From positions 1 through 64,000 of the forward strand of contig NJBI01000001.1 of the NCBI GenBank assembly GCA_005222975.1: a DNA stretch of 64,000 nt, in the 5' to 3' direction. Below, piece by piece: positions 49,198 to 59,054 of this stretch. The notes beneath the pieces are model-generated. The model was given only the letters and a program-made list of their open reading frames with translations, searched no databases and had not been told where the DNA came from. The position numbers and the translations under genes were made by a program. The first letter of the stretch is position 1. The number at the start of each line of letters is the position of its first letter. This DNA comes from Promethearchaeota archaeon Loki_b31 (GTDB taxonomy: Archaea; Asgardarchaeota; Lokiarchaeia; Sigyniarchaeales; SOKP01).

Positions 49198-49386
49198 TTA
49201 TTTCTCTCGCCATTCCTGACCACATCTACCGCAACGATATTTCTTACCGTATACTCTGGGATAATCGTTTATAATATTTGTTCTGTCAGTTGACTCGTGA
49301 ATCAAATTTTTATGTTCTTCATTACAAGATGGACATTTTCGTCTGCCTTCAGTTTTTTCAATTGTCAGTAAGTTATCTTCTCCCAT
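49198..49386 (-). CDS. Small C4 zinc-ribbon protein
   Basis: CPSC...CGRC; homologous to the C-terminus of 240..770. Confidence 0.8.
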   Translation of the reverse strand: MGEDNLLTIEKTEGRRKCPSCNEEHKNLIHESTDRTNIINDYPRVYGKKYRCGRCGQEWREK

Positions 49387-49571
49387 AAAATTTCAACTCT
49401 AAAAAATAAATATTTTTATTTTGGTGTTAAGTTTGTTAATAAATTTAAGAATAATAAGTTAACTTGTTTTTTATATCTAAAATGTATCCTTAGAATATTT
49501 GCTTAGTTTAGTAGTTGATTTATAGGATAATAATATTAGATACTTATCTCATATATATATAGAATTTCACT

Positions 49572-50156
49572 CTACTTAGAAAGAATTCTTCCGTAAGCCT
49601 TTGCTCGCTCAAATAACTCTGGGTTTAAAAATTCTAATTTGAAATGGATATCGTTTAAAATTTTATCGAATACCTCTTTAACATCTCTTTGTAGATTTTG
49701 AATTTTAAAACAATATAAAAGTTCGAGTTCTCTTGTTTTTTGGATTAAACTAAATTCATTTATTCTCCTTTCATTTAGAGGTTTATTTTTTAAGATTAAA
49801 AAAGAGTCAATTCCTGCTAAAACAGATATGCCATTGAACATAAAGCGTTGAGAAAATTTGGTATAATTTTCAATATTAATGTTAATAATCGATTTATCAT
49901 TGTAAATATTTGCTGCGATTATGATTGCGTCAAATCTCTTAAAGGGAATCCTTTTATTAATTAAATCCTCAAAACTCTCTGCAAGAATGGCTTTTAAATT
50001 TATAGGAATACCTTCAAATAGAAGGAAAAACTTCCAAATTAAGTCTTGCGAAGCAAATTTTAAAGCAATTTGCTTTAAATAATCTAAAAAAATCCTTTTT
50101 TTAGAATCTTCCGTGCCAACAAGACCCAAATTGATGGTATAACTAAATTCTTTCAA
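49572..50156 (-). CDS. Ras/Rab-fold pseudo-GTPase
   Basis: Small-GTPase strand/helix pattern kept (YTINLGLVG, FKRFDAIIIAANI, SVLAG, LLYCF, DVKEVFDKI), but G1 = GTEDSKKR and G3/G4 are lost. Confidence 0.65.
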   Translation of the reverse strand: MKEFSYTINLGLVGTEDSKKRIFLDYLKQIALKFASQDLIWKFFLLFEGIPINLKAILAESFEDLINKRIPFKRFDAIIIAANIYNDKSIININIENYTKFSQRFMFNGISVLAGIDSFLILKNKPLNERRINEFSLIQKTRELELLYCFKIQNLQRDVKEVFDKILNDIHFKLEFLNPELFERAKAYGRILSK

Positions 50157-50252
50157 AACTTTGCTTGTTAAAAAAAAATAATTAAGGTTCTTAATTTAAT
50201 AATATAATAAAATAATGCAAATATAAAATATTGATTAAATAATCTTTTCAAA

Positions 50253-51185
50253 ATGTTAATAATTTACGCGTTATTAATCGTAATGATTATTATCTGGAGT
50301 TTCTCATTTGTTCTAGTGGATATTGCACTGGAATTTGTTCCACCTATGTCTATTGCGTTAACTAGGTTTCTAATAGTATCAATGGTATTTATTATTGTTG
50401 ATCTATATTTTTTTATTAATCGAAAAAGACAGGTTGATAAATACAACAAGAACAAGAAAAAAGAAAATCTTCGATACACAAGAAAAGAATGGATATATTT
50501 AATTATCGCAAGCTTTTGTGGTATTTTACTTTTCTTTGGTGCTCAATATTCTGCAATAGAATTAATTGGACCCTCTTTACCCGCATTTTTCGTGTGCCTT
50601 TTATCCCCAGTAGTAATAACAATTTTAGCTTTAATCTTTTTTAAAGAAAAGTTGACTAAGGTTAAAATCCTGGGTTTTGCTATTGCAACCGTAGGCGGTT
50701 TTTTATTAGTTACGGGAGGAGATTTACGAACGCTTACTCCAACAACGCCTAACTTCTTAGGTTATATATTCGCTCTTATGACGCCAATAACATGGGCGAT
50801 TTATTCAATAATAACAAAAAGAATTATAAGAAATAAACCAAATTTCAAAACCTTAAAATACATTGCTTATTTTGGGACTATAGAGTTGTTCATTATCGTA
50901 ATATTAAATAAGGAATTGCTCATTTTTATCCAGAATTTTTTTAATATTTATGTTTTTCTAACAGGAATATATTTAGGTATTGGCTGTTATATTATCGGGT
51001 ATTTTATCTGGCAGAAATCACAAAAGGAGCTTAAATCTTCAAAAGGGGCTTCATTTCTCTATATTGAGCCGTTTCTAACGCTCATCTTTTCAATTATCTT
51101 AAACCGATCTGAGACAATACTGATATGGAACATTATCGGAGGTATCATTGTTCTAGTAGCTGTATTAGTAATAAATTATAAGTAA
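50253..51185 (+). CDS. DMT/EamA family transporter
   Basis: IIWSFSF, ALTRF, FFKEKL, WAIYS; 10 TM. Confidence 0.92.
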   Translation: MLIIYALLIVMIIIWSFSFVLVDIALEFVPPMSIALTRFLIVSMVFIIVDLYFFINRKRQVDKYNKNKKKENLRYTRKEWIYLIIASFCGILLFFGAQYSAIELIGPSLPAFFVCLLSPVVITILALIFFKEKLTKVKILGFAIATVGGFLLVTGGDLRTLTPTTPNFLGYIFALMTPITWAIYSIITKRIIRNKPNFKTLKYIAYFGTIELFIIVILNKELLIFIQNFFNIYVFLTGIYLGIGCYIIGYFIWQKSQKELKSSKGASFLYIEPFLTLIFSIILNRSETILIWNIIGGIIVLVAVLVINYK

Positions 51186-51203
51186 AAAAGATTATGAACT
51201 GAG

Positions 51204-51899
51204 ATGACCAAAAGAATACTTTTTATTGGTGATAGCATCACTGAAGGAAAAATAGGAATCGGGTATATTGATATAATTCAACATTATTTCCCTCAATTTC
51301 AGTGTAAAAATTATGGACGCGGTGGTGATACCTTATCTGGAGTCTTTACGAGACTTTTAAAAATTTTAAAAACACAGACAGAAACATATGACATTATAGT
51401 AATTGAAGCTGGTCTCAACGATCTTTTCTTACCTTTTGTTAAAATGAAGTGGAAATTCACAAGTATTAGAAAAGTAACTCCATTAAACAAGATAAAAGAC
51501 TTTTATGATAATGGATTAAAAACGATAAGTTTACATAGCAAAGCAAAGATAATATTAACTACTTTAAGTTGCTTGGGAGAAAACATAAGTTCTCCATTAA
51601 ACCAAAAAAGAAGATTAGTAAATAATCAGATTAAGGAAATTGGTTCTAAACATGGTGCATATATAGCAGATGTAAGTTCATTCTTTGATAAGATCTTAAG
51701 TAAAAGCATTTCGAGTTATAATCTCATAGATCATCCTTTAAACTTAGTTTTCGATTATTTTAGATCAAAAAGAATGAACTGGGTAGAAAAAATAAGCAGG
51801 AAAAGACGGCTAGTGTTGACTATAGATGGTGGACACCTCAATAGCAAAGGCGCATTAATTTATGCTATTGTAATATCACGAATTTTAGATTTGCTTTAA
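51204..51899 (+). CDS. SGNH/GDSL hydrolase
   Basis: FIGDSITEG, GRGGDT, AGLND, DGGHLN. Confidence 0.92.
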   Translation: MTKRILFIGDSITEGKIGIGYIDIIQHYFPQFQCKNYGRGGDTLSGVFTRLLKILKTQTETYDIIVIEAGLNDLFLPFVKMKWKFTSIRKVTPLNKIKDFYDNGLKTISLHSKAKIILTTLSCLGENISSPLNQKRRLVNNQIKEIGSKHGAYIADVSSFFDKILSKSISSYNLIDHPLNLVFDYFRSKRMNWVEKISRKRRLVLTIDGGHLNSKGALIYAIVISRILDLL

Positions 51900-51959
51900 C
51901 CTTGAAAAAAATGAAGATTTTGATTAAAGGAAAATAGTTTGAGGATAAGAATAGAGAGA

Positions 51960-53396
51960 TTACAAATTCCTTGAAGTAATAGATTTTAATTCATTAGAAA
52001 GTGTGTCATCAATAGGTTTTAAAGAAATTTTCTCAGCGAGTTTAGTCGCTTGCTCCTTTGCTCTTTTTCGTGCAGACTTAGAGCCATTCTCTTTCCAAGC
52101 GTCCCGAGACATGCGATCTATTACCGGACTAACTATAAAAAGCTCCTTTCTAAAAAGCTTTAAAGTCGTTGGATGCGAAAGTAATTCCTCTTTTTCATTG
52201 TAGTCCCTTAAAATTTCAGAAGCGAATGGAGTACCGTGATCTTCTACTCCTCTTAGGAGTCTTTTTACCATTCCTACTATTTCGTTATCAATTACTAATT
52301 TTTCAATGCTTTGAGTGGATTCAAAATCTAACATGCCAGGTCCCGAAATCATATTAATGCCAGCAAGTCCAGCTAAAAGTGCTCCCATACCTCCTTCGAA
52401 TCCTGCTTGAGCATCTGGAACTTTGGAGTCACTAAGACTCATGTAAGCATGAGTGGGCATTTTTAGAAATTTTCCTATCTCGACATCCCCCAAGTTAATC
52501 ATCATTGTTTCAATAGCTCCCATTGGAGTTGTACCTTGCTTCATATCTAATATTGCGGGTGATCCACCCCATATCAAAGGAGCTCCAGTTTTTGCTAACT
52601 GTCCAATTGCAACTCCTGCTAAGCATTCTGCAGAGTGTTGTGTTATTGAACCAATCAAGCTTATTGGAGCGCTAGCTCCTGCTAACGGCATAGACACAAA
52701 CTCAGATGGTATCATACTCTTGGCGGCATCGATAAGTGATTGAGAAGTCAGGTCTGACCACTTCAGCGGGGGACTAGGACAAACATCGAAGATCGCTAAA
52801 GGTTTCCTTGCTAAATCATCTTCTGATAATCGACAACTTAACAATAATTCTCTCATAATTGAAAAACTTTCCTTTCGAAACGTCCCGGTTACAACTGGTT
52901 TATAGCAATTAGATAATGCGATATATAACCTATGCCAATCTTGTGCGTGGTTGGGGACATCTTGATAAACTATAGCAGTGCTTTGAGCTTCGATATACTT
53001 TAAATGTTCTACTACCTTTGAAAAACGTACGAAATCTTTTTCGAACGCGTTTCTAATCGTTCCTGTATTTTCATCTAGATATAAGATCGCTGCTGAGCCA
53101 GGATCGTAATGAACATTATCGTTCGCTAAAGTAATATGCTCTTTTCCCTCTCTATCAAATAATTTAATCTCATCCGGAACAGTTTTGAGACATCTATCTA
53201 CTAAATCAGAAGGAATGAAGTATCGAGAACCCTCGTGATTAACTCCTTCGCTGTTAAATAATTCTTTAGCGTCCTCATTTTCTAAAAATATTCCTAGATT
53301 TTCTAAAATATCTTTAGCCTCATTGAATATCTTTATTTTATGATCCTCATCTAAGACATTAATTCTTGGTCTTAAAATTCCCATCCTAACATACAC
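51960..53396 (-). CDS. mttB: Trimethylamine methyltransferase (MttB/MtgB) family, non-pyrrolysine
   Basis: SPLKW-like PPLKW, AGASAPISLIG, AECLAG, DMKQG, SDSKVPDAQAG, EKLVIDNE; no in-frame amber codon. Likely start ATG 53384. Confidence 0.92.
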   Translation of the reverse strand: MYVRMGILRPRINVLDEDHKIKIFNEAKDILENLGIFLENEDAKELFNSEGVNHEGSRYFIPSDLVDRCLKTVPDEIKLFDREGKEHITLANDNVHYDPGSAAILYLDENTGTIRNAFEKDFVRFSKVVEHLKYIEAQSTAIVYQDVPNHAQDWHRLYIALSNCYKPVVTGTFRKESFSIMRELLLSCRLSEDDLARKPLAIFDVCPSPPLKWSDLTSQSLIDAAKSMIPSEFVSMPLAGASAPISLIGSITQHSAECLAGVAIGQLAKTGAPLIWGGSPAILDMKQGTTPMGAIETMMINLGDVEIGKFLKMPTHAYMSLSDSKVPDAQAGFEGGMGALLAGLAGINMISGPGMLDFESTQSIEKLVIDNEIVGMVKRLLRGVEDHGTPFASEILRDYNEKEELLSHPTTLKLFRKELFIVSPVIDRMSRDAWKENGSKSARKRAKEQATKLAEKISLKPIDDTLSNELKSITSRNL

Positions 53397-53408
53397 GCTC
53401 TCATTTTG

Positions 53409-54296
53409 TTAATTCTCTAGTGAATCTATAAGTTTTCTTATTTCTTTTATAGTTGCTGGAGACGTACCACAGCACCCTCCCACGATTTTGGCACCTATTT
53501 GAATAATTTCGTGAATATCGCTTACGAAATCCTTTATTGGTTGGTCGTAAACGGCTCTATTGTTTTGATCGATTCTTGGTTGACCCGCGTTAGGTTTTGC
53601 CGATATGGGTTTATTAGTAAGCTCTTTTAGTTCTTTTATTAATCCTATCATTTCATCGCTTCCTAATGTACAATTCGCTCCAATCACATCAACATTTCTA
53701 TCCTCTTGTATTCGCACGCACTTTTCTAAAGAATTGCCCATAATGGTAAAAAAACCCCTTTTTGTTTTTTTGTATGTCATTGAGCTTATAATGGGTTTTT
53801 TTGAAATCTCTCTTATCGCTTTTATCGCAGCTTCCATTTCTTCAATGTCTGAGATAGTCTCGATATGCCAGAGATCTACTCCTTGTTCTAAAAATTTTAC
53901 CTGTTTTACATAACTGGAAACCCATTGTTCGGCGGTTGCTTTTCCTACTGGAGGTTTAAATACACCAGATGGGCCAATATCGCCTACAATTAAACGATTG
54001 GGAGGGCAAGCTCTTTTTATATTTTTTAAGGCGCTCTCATTTAACTCTTTAATTTGGCTTTCAATTTTATAGCCTTGCAAATTTAAAAAGCTAGATCCAA
54101 AAGTACTTGTTTGGCACATATCTGCGCCTGCGTCGTAATAAGATTTATGTATCTCAAAAATTAAATCTGGTTGTTCGATATTAAGGGTATCGGGAAGTCT
54201 TCCTGGCGTGATTCCATGTTTAAATATCTCTGACCCCATTCCTCCGTCAAATAATATGATTTTCGAACCATTTTTTAACCAATCGTGGAATAACAT
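53409..54296 (-). CDS. Stand-alone homocysteine S-methyltransferase (MetH Hcy-binding domain)
   Basis: DGGMGS, AGAD, GDIGPSG, IET, GANC, PNAG, GGCCGT zinc ligands. Confidence 0.93.
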   Translation of the reverse strand: MLFHDWLKNGSKIILFDGGMGSEIFKHGITPGRLPDTLNIEQPDLIFEIHKSYYDAGADMCQTSTFGSSFLNLQGYKIESQIKELNESALKNIKRACPPNRLIVGDIGPSGVFKPPVGKATAEQWVSSYVKQVKFLEQGVDLWHIETISDIEEMEAAIKAIREISKKPIISSMTYKKTKRGFFTIMGNSLEKCVRIQEDRNVDVIGANCTLGSDEMIGLIKELKELTNKPISAKPNAGQPRIDQNNRAVYDQPIKDFVSDIHEIIQIGAKIVGGCCGTSPATIKEIRKLIDSLEN

Positions 54297-54322
54297 AGCA
54301 ATTTACCTCAAATAAGCGTTTT

Positions 54323-54970
54323 TTAAATTTTTAAAAGGTTCTTGACTAGATTAACAGCTTCTACGGCGCTACCAGCAAATCCATCTGCTTTGCACTCATC
54401 TACCCACGCGTTAGAAACTGGAGCACCCCCAAGTATAACTTTGAATTTGTCTCGGATGCCTTTAGATTCGAGTATTTCTATTATCTTTTTTTGGCCGATC
54501 ATAGTTGTAGTCAATAGAGCAGAAACTCCAATGATATCTGCATTCTTTTCAACAGCAATTTCGATAATTCTTTCAGCTGGAACGTCAGCGCCTAGATCAT
54601 AAACTTCAAAACCGTTGGCACTCAACATTGTAGCGACAATTGTTTTACCTATTGAGTGAATGTCTCCTTCTATTGTTGCAATTACCACTTTTCCATTCGA
54701 GATTCTATCTCTCTCTGTTTCTATATGTGGAAAAAGAATCTGCATAGACTCTTGCATAATAGTCCCACCAAGCATTAATTCCGGCAGAAAAAATTCTCCT
54801 TCGTCCCATAAAGCCCCTATTTTACGGATCCCCGCTCCAAAACCTTTCTCTATTACTTCAAGAAGATTCATATTTTCTTGAATTGCTTTATTGGCCAATT
54901 CAATAGTTTTTTCTTTATCAAGACTTACGATTGCTTCAGATATTTCTTCATAAAATTTATCATTAGACAC
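54323..54970 (-). CDS. Methyltransferase cognate corrinoid protein
   Basis: Cap domain (FFLPEL), EGDIHSIGK (DxHxxG), SALLTTT, GGAP; GTG start. Confidence 0.95.
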   Translation of the reverse strand: MSNDKFYEEISEAIVSLDKEKTIELANKAIQENMNLLEVIEKGFGAGIRKIGALWDEGEFFLPELMLGGTIMQESMQILFPHIETERDRISNGKVVIATIEGDIHSIGKTIVATMLSANGFEVYDLGADVPAERIIEIAVEKNADIIGVSALLTTTMIGQKKIIEILESKGIRDKFKVILGGAPVSNAWVDECKADGFAGSAVEAVNLVKNLLKI

Positions 54971-55146
54971 AAAAATCTCATCTAAAAACTTAATTAGTTA
55001 TAATTGTAAAAATATCATGGTTAATTAATTAAAATATCGAAAAACTATTTGTATGAAACGAGGATTTGTTCAAAAAACAGATAGAAAATCCTAAAAATAA
55101 AAATAAGAAAAAAGAAATTTTTTTTTAATGATTCAATTAATTCAGT

Positions 55147-55854
55147 TTATGTAGGAGGGTTATTAAGTAAAAGCCAGACTACTATGATAATCGGTATAAT
55201 AATGATTGCTAATAAACTAATTAAATAAACCTTTATTAATTTTTTAGCTCGCTTGCTAAATTCTGGCGTTATTTCTTCTCGTAACCGATCTTTATTAATG
55301 TTTGTATTAGATGCTAAAAAATCATTTAGCCTTTTAGCGTACTTAATTGTATTAGATTCCTCTTTTGGGCCAGTTATGTACATCGGATTTTTTGTACGAA
55401 AATTCAAACCTAAACACTCCCATTCAACGCTTCCATACTTTCCTCGGCTTCTTAAGCGTTTAAAAACATCAAAACGGTCTATATCCTCTAATTTGAACTT
55501 TTTGTGCTTAACCCGCATATACGACCAATAAGCTTCGTAAATTAAGAGATTTTGTTGAGCGTCAATTTTAAAAACGATTAAAGCCGTTCTTTGTAGCCAT
55601 CCTGTGATAAGGGTACTAAAAACTAATGTACCTAAAAAAATGTGTGTCCAAAATAGGGCAATATCAGTGAGCTCAGTCCCAATATTATTTCTATTTTTTT
55701 CCCAAATAAATATCATAAAAACCCATAAGATTGCAAATGCTCCAGAACCGATTAAAAGTCTATACCACCAAGTTTTTACAAAGAGTTTGATTCTTGGTAA
55801 ATTATCTTTTCCTACAGTTTCATCGTACTCTTTCGTTGAACTATTATCATCCAT
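55147..55854 (-). CDS. Hypothetical membrane protein (2 TM + PH-like beta domain + TM)
   Basis: 235-aa ATG ORF with three hydrophobic helices. Confidence 0.7.
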   Translation of the reverse strand: MDDNSSTKEYDETVGKDNLPRIKLFVKTWWYRLLIGSGAFAILWVFMIFIWEKNRNNIGTELTDIALFWTHIFLGTLVFSTLITGWLQRTALIVFKIDAQQNLLIYEAYWSYMRVKHKKFKLEDIDRFDVFKRLRSRGKYGSVEWECLGLNFRTKNPMYITGPKEESNTIKYAKRLNDFLASNTNINKDRLREEITPEFSKRAKKLIKVYLISLLAIIIIPIIIVVWLLLNNPPT

Positions 55855-56141
55855 CGATATCAGTATCTTTATATAGTTTTAAATTAAAATTTCGCGTTAT
55901 AATTGAAATAATCAATTATATTGTTTTAATTATCAAGAGTATATATATTTTACTCGCCCACATTCTTCCCAATTTCAGAAATTAAAAGAAAAAATACACT
56001 TGGAGAATAAAAGGAAAAAGTACGCTGAATTATTATTCCATTATTATTAGGTTTTTTAAGAAATAAAAATATAAATTCTTACAATATATAAATTTTAAAA
56101 CTTAATTATCAAATAATTTGATATTGTAAAGGTGTTTTATA

Positions 56142-56630
56142 ATGTCTAGAAGATATTACGCAAAAGGTAAGAAGACTTATGCTAAAGACCAGAGTTTTAC
56201 ACAGGACAATGTCGGGGAAGAGAAAGAACGCTTTCTCATCAGTATTGATTTAATGAGCTTAAAAACTTTAAAAGATTACGACATAATGGGGTGGCGTGGC
56301 GAGTTCTATTTCAAAGTGGATGGCCCTAAGGTCTTTAAGGCTAGATTCCCAAATAAGGGAACAATAAAGCTTCAAAGAAATCAAAACTTTACATCTAAAG
56401 CGGATATGAATGTATGGAGTCAGTTCAAAACTGTTAAAGCAGGAAGGGATGCTGTAGAAAGGATTAAAGTAATATTGAGAGAGCAGGACCATTTAAAGAA
56501 GGACTCAACAATCGCAGAAGAAGAATATGAAATAGTTCTTCCTTCCAAAACGCGGTATGTTATTTTACAGGACGATAAAAAACGGACTAAAGCAAAACTA
56601 CGAATTCAGGCTTCAAGAACAAGATATTAA
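56142..56630 (+). CDS. C2-domain-like protein
   Basis: LKDYDIMGWRGEFYFKV and IKVILREQDHLKKDSTIA resemble the two Ca-binding loop motifs of C2 domains. Confidence 0.55.
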   Translation: MSRRYYAKGKKTYAKDQSFTQDNVGEEKERFLISIDLMSLKTLKDYDIMGWRGEFYFKVDGPKVFKARFPNKGTIKLQRNQNFTSKADMNVWSQFKTVKAGRDAVERIKVILREQDHLKKDSTIAEEEYEIVLPSKTRYVILQDDKKRTKAKLRIQASRTRY

Positions 56631-56773
56631 ACAAAAAATATTTTTTTATTCTATTTTTCATTACAGCTTTTATTTAAAACAATTTATTTCTTTTTTTAAT
56701 TTCATAATTTTTGATGGTTAAGTTAAGGAAAAAATAAAAAAAAAAATAGTGAGTTTAATAGAATTGTACGACG

Positions 56774-58168
56774 CTATAGCTTTTTTTCTTGCGATCTATA
56801 TATAGCAAATGCTCCAATAACAAATGAAATAGCTATTCCAATCTGGACAAAACCCCAAAGCATACCTCCGAATATATCATCTAAAGCTAAAGATATAATT
56901 AAAATCGCTATCTCGAAAACGGCAAGGTAATTTAGAATAGCTAAAAATTTGTTTTCTATTGCTGACGATTTTGTATTTAGTGTGTTCCTCTGTCTATTAA
57001 GCGTTTTCCTGATTCTGGAGATAACATCGTCAGTTTGCTTCGAAAATTTAAATCCATCTAATTTATCTATCATTTCGTTAAACATGCTCGTTTTAAAAGT
57101 GCTAGTAAATAATAAGCGACTAATTTTGGAGATTATTATATCTTTATTTAATTCAAGAATTATTCTGTTGAGTTCTGTTTCTAATTTTTCTAATCTATCG
57201 ATTTTATCCATCAAAGTTAGGCTTTCTTCTTTAGCTCTAGTTTCTGAGATGACTTTATCGAATTTATCTGCTACAATTAGTATGTTTTCCATATGCATGA
57301 GGATTAAAAACCTTTGAACATTGCCAACTTCTGGACCATAAAGCGTATCGATAAGTAAGTTTTTCATAGAATTTGGATCCATAAGACCTGGTCCCGGGAT
57401 TATTACATTTCCCGCGTGAGTAATCATCACGAATTCGTCTAAATATGGAGATAAGTTTTTAAGGTTAATTTGATCTCGATACGCCACAGGATCTAGTTCT
57501 CGATATTTATCCGTTCTTAAAGTAAGCCCTATTGAATATCGCGCATTCTTACCAATATTATTTCCAATAAAGCGATAATCCACTCTGTTAAAGTCGGGTT
57601 TTGCGTCCCAAATAAGCCAAGTATGGTGCCACGGTTCTAGCGAAGATTCTAATTTTGCTTTTTCTGGAAAATTTCCTTTTTTTAATAACATTGTAATATT
57701 TTCTCTTATTTCTACGAATTTTTCTGTAATAGGTCTTCCGGTGCTTTCCAGAATCATGTTTGAGGGTTGGGATATTTCTATAAAATCCTCAATCTTGTGG
57801 TAATTATCGAACAATAATTCGCAATGGATTACTAAAACTGAACCATAATGAATGTGCCCTTCCAATCTAATTTTTCCAAACATGTGTGGTACTGTAGCGC
57901 AAGAAAATCTATCCGACCTGCCGATCTTAAAGCAAACGGGGGCAAAGTTCACAGATTGACTTGAAATCCACTTTAATGGTTGGCTACACTTTTTTGCTTG
58001 TCCGGGAACTTCGATTTTACATCGATAATCTTTATATAGTTTGAGAGAGCCTTCTTTTTCTAAATACTTTCTTACTTCTGGTAACTCAAAATATAGTCCT
58101 AACTCATAAAATTTCCAAAAAACTAGAGTAACTTTAAAAATATACTCTTCTTCAGTTGAGATTGTCAT
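56774..58168 (-). CDS. Hypothetical protein with long helices and two C-terminal TM (CorA-like topology)
   Basis: 464 aa, coiled-coil region before a TM hairpin; no canonical GMN motif. Confidence 0.65.
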   Translation of the reverse strand: MTISTEEEYIFKVTLVFWKFYELGLYFELPEVRKYLEKEGSLKLYKDYRCKIEVPGQAKKCSQPLKWISSQSVNFAPVCFKIGRSDRFSCATVPHMFGKIRLEGHIHYGSVLVIHCELLFDNYHKIEDFIEISQPSNMILESTGRPITEKFVEIRENITMLLKKGNFPEKAKLESSLEPWHHTWLIWDAKPDFNRVDYRFIGNNIGKNARYSIGLTLRTDKYRELDPVAYRDQINLKNLSPYLDEFVMITHAGNVIIPGPGLMDPNSMKNLLIDTLYGPEVGNVQRFLILMHMENILIVADKFDKVISETRAKEESLTLMDKIDRLEKLETELNRIILELNKDIIISKISRLLFTSTFKTSMFNEMIDKLDGFKFSKQTDDVISRIRKTLNRQRNTLNTKSSAIENKFLAILNYLAVFEIAILIISLALDDIFGGMLWGFVQIGIAISFVIGAFAIYRSQEKKL

Positions 58169-58288
58169 ATTTATTTCCTTGAAAAGTTTTATCTAATCTA
58201 AATATATTATAAATTTAAAATATTCTTCTATTTGGATGATCATTACAAACATTTATTATACTTTTATGTAAATTATGGTGAGTTATGA

Positions 58289-58909
58289 ATGGTTAATAAA
58301 GAAGCAAACTCAAAAAAATTGGAAATAATAGTTCAAATCGCAAGTTTAAGAGATTCTCCAGGGATTCATAACGCACTTAAGCAAAACTTAATTGAAATAC
58401 TCGATTTTGACGAGATTCCAGACGAACAAAGAAAAGAATTAGAAGATCAAGGCTTCCTGAGAAAAGAAGTTGACGAAGATTTTTACACCCAACTTATTCA
58501 AGATGTTAACAAGAAGGTTTATGTTGCAAAAAATAAACGAGGAGATGTCATTGGTTTCGCAAGCATATATAATAACGAGAATAACATAAAAACGATTAGG
58601 AAAACTTTGCAAAATCTCCATATTAAAGATAAAGAAATTTTAGATTTGCTCGTTAACGAAAAAAGAAAATTCGCTTATTTGGACCAAATTAGCATCGTAC
58701 CTGAATTTAAACGCAAAGGCGTTGGGACGGCCATTCTGGAGAAAGCGTTGGTTGAAATGAACATTCCTTTAGTTGCGTTCATAGTAAAACTACCTTTAAT
58801 GAATAAAGCGTCCGCTCTATGGCACGAGTATGTTGGTTTTGAACTTGTAGGTACTGGAGATGGTGATTATAAAGGGAAAAAGTTTGAATGGTTGATATAT
58901 ATTAAATAG
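58289..58909 (+). CDS. GNAT family N-acetyltransferase
   Basis: YLDQISIVPEFKRKGVGT, NKASALWHEYVGF. Confidence 0.9.
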   Translation: MVNKEANSKKLEIIVQIASLRDSPGIHNALKQNLIEILDFDEIPDEQRKELEDQGFLRKEVDEDFYTQLIQDVNKKVYVAKNKRGDVIGFASIYNNENNIKTIRKTLQNLHIKDKEILDLLVNEKRKFAYLDQISIVPEFKRKGVGTAILEKALVEMNIPLVAFIVKLPLMNKASALWHEYVGFELVGTGDGDYKGKKFEWLIYIK

Positions 58910-59054
58910 GTTAACAAAAATTAGTTCAAATAAAATTTAAAATGAAAAAATTAGAATTATGAGAATTCTAAACAATTTTTCCAACTTAAAACTTTTCTTC
59001 TCTAATATTTTATATATTTTGGACGGGCTATTCTTTCTTGTTTATACATTTAGT

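Noticed and set aside
51960-53396. Pyrrolysine-containing MttB
   Set aside because: The ORF is uninterrupted; a sense codon precedes SDSK where Pyl would lie.
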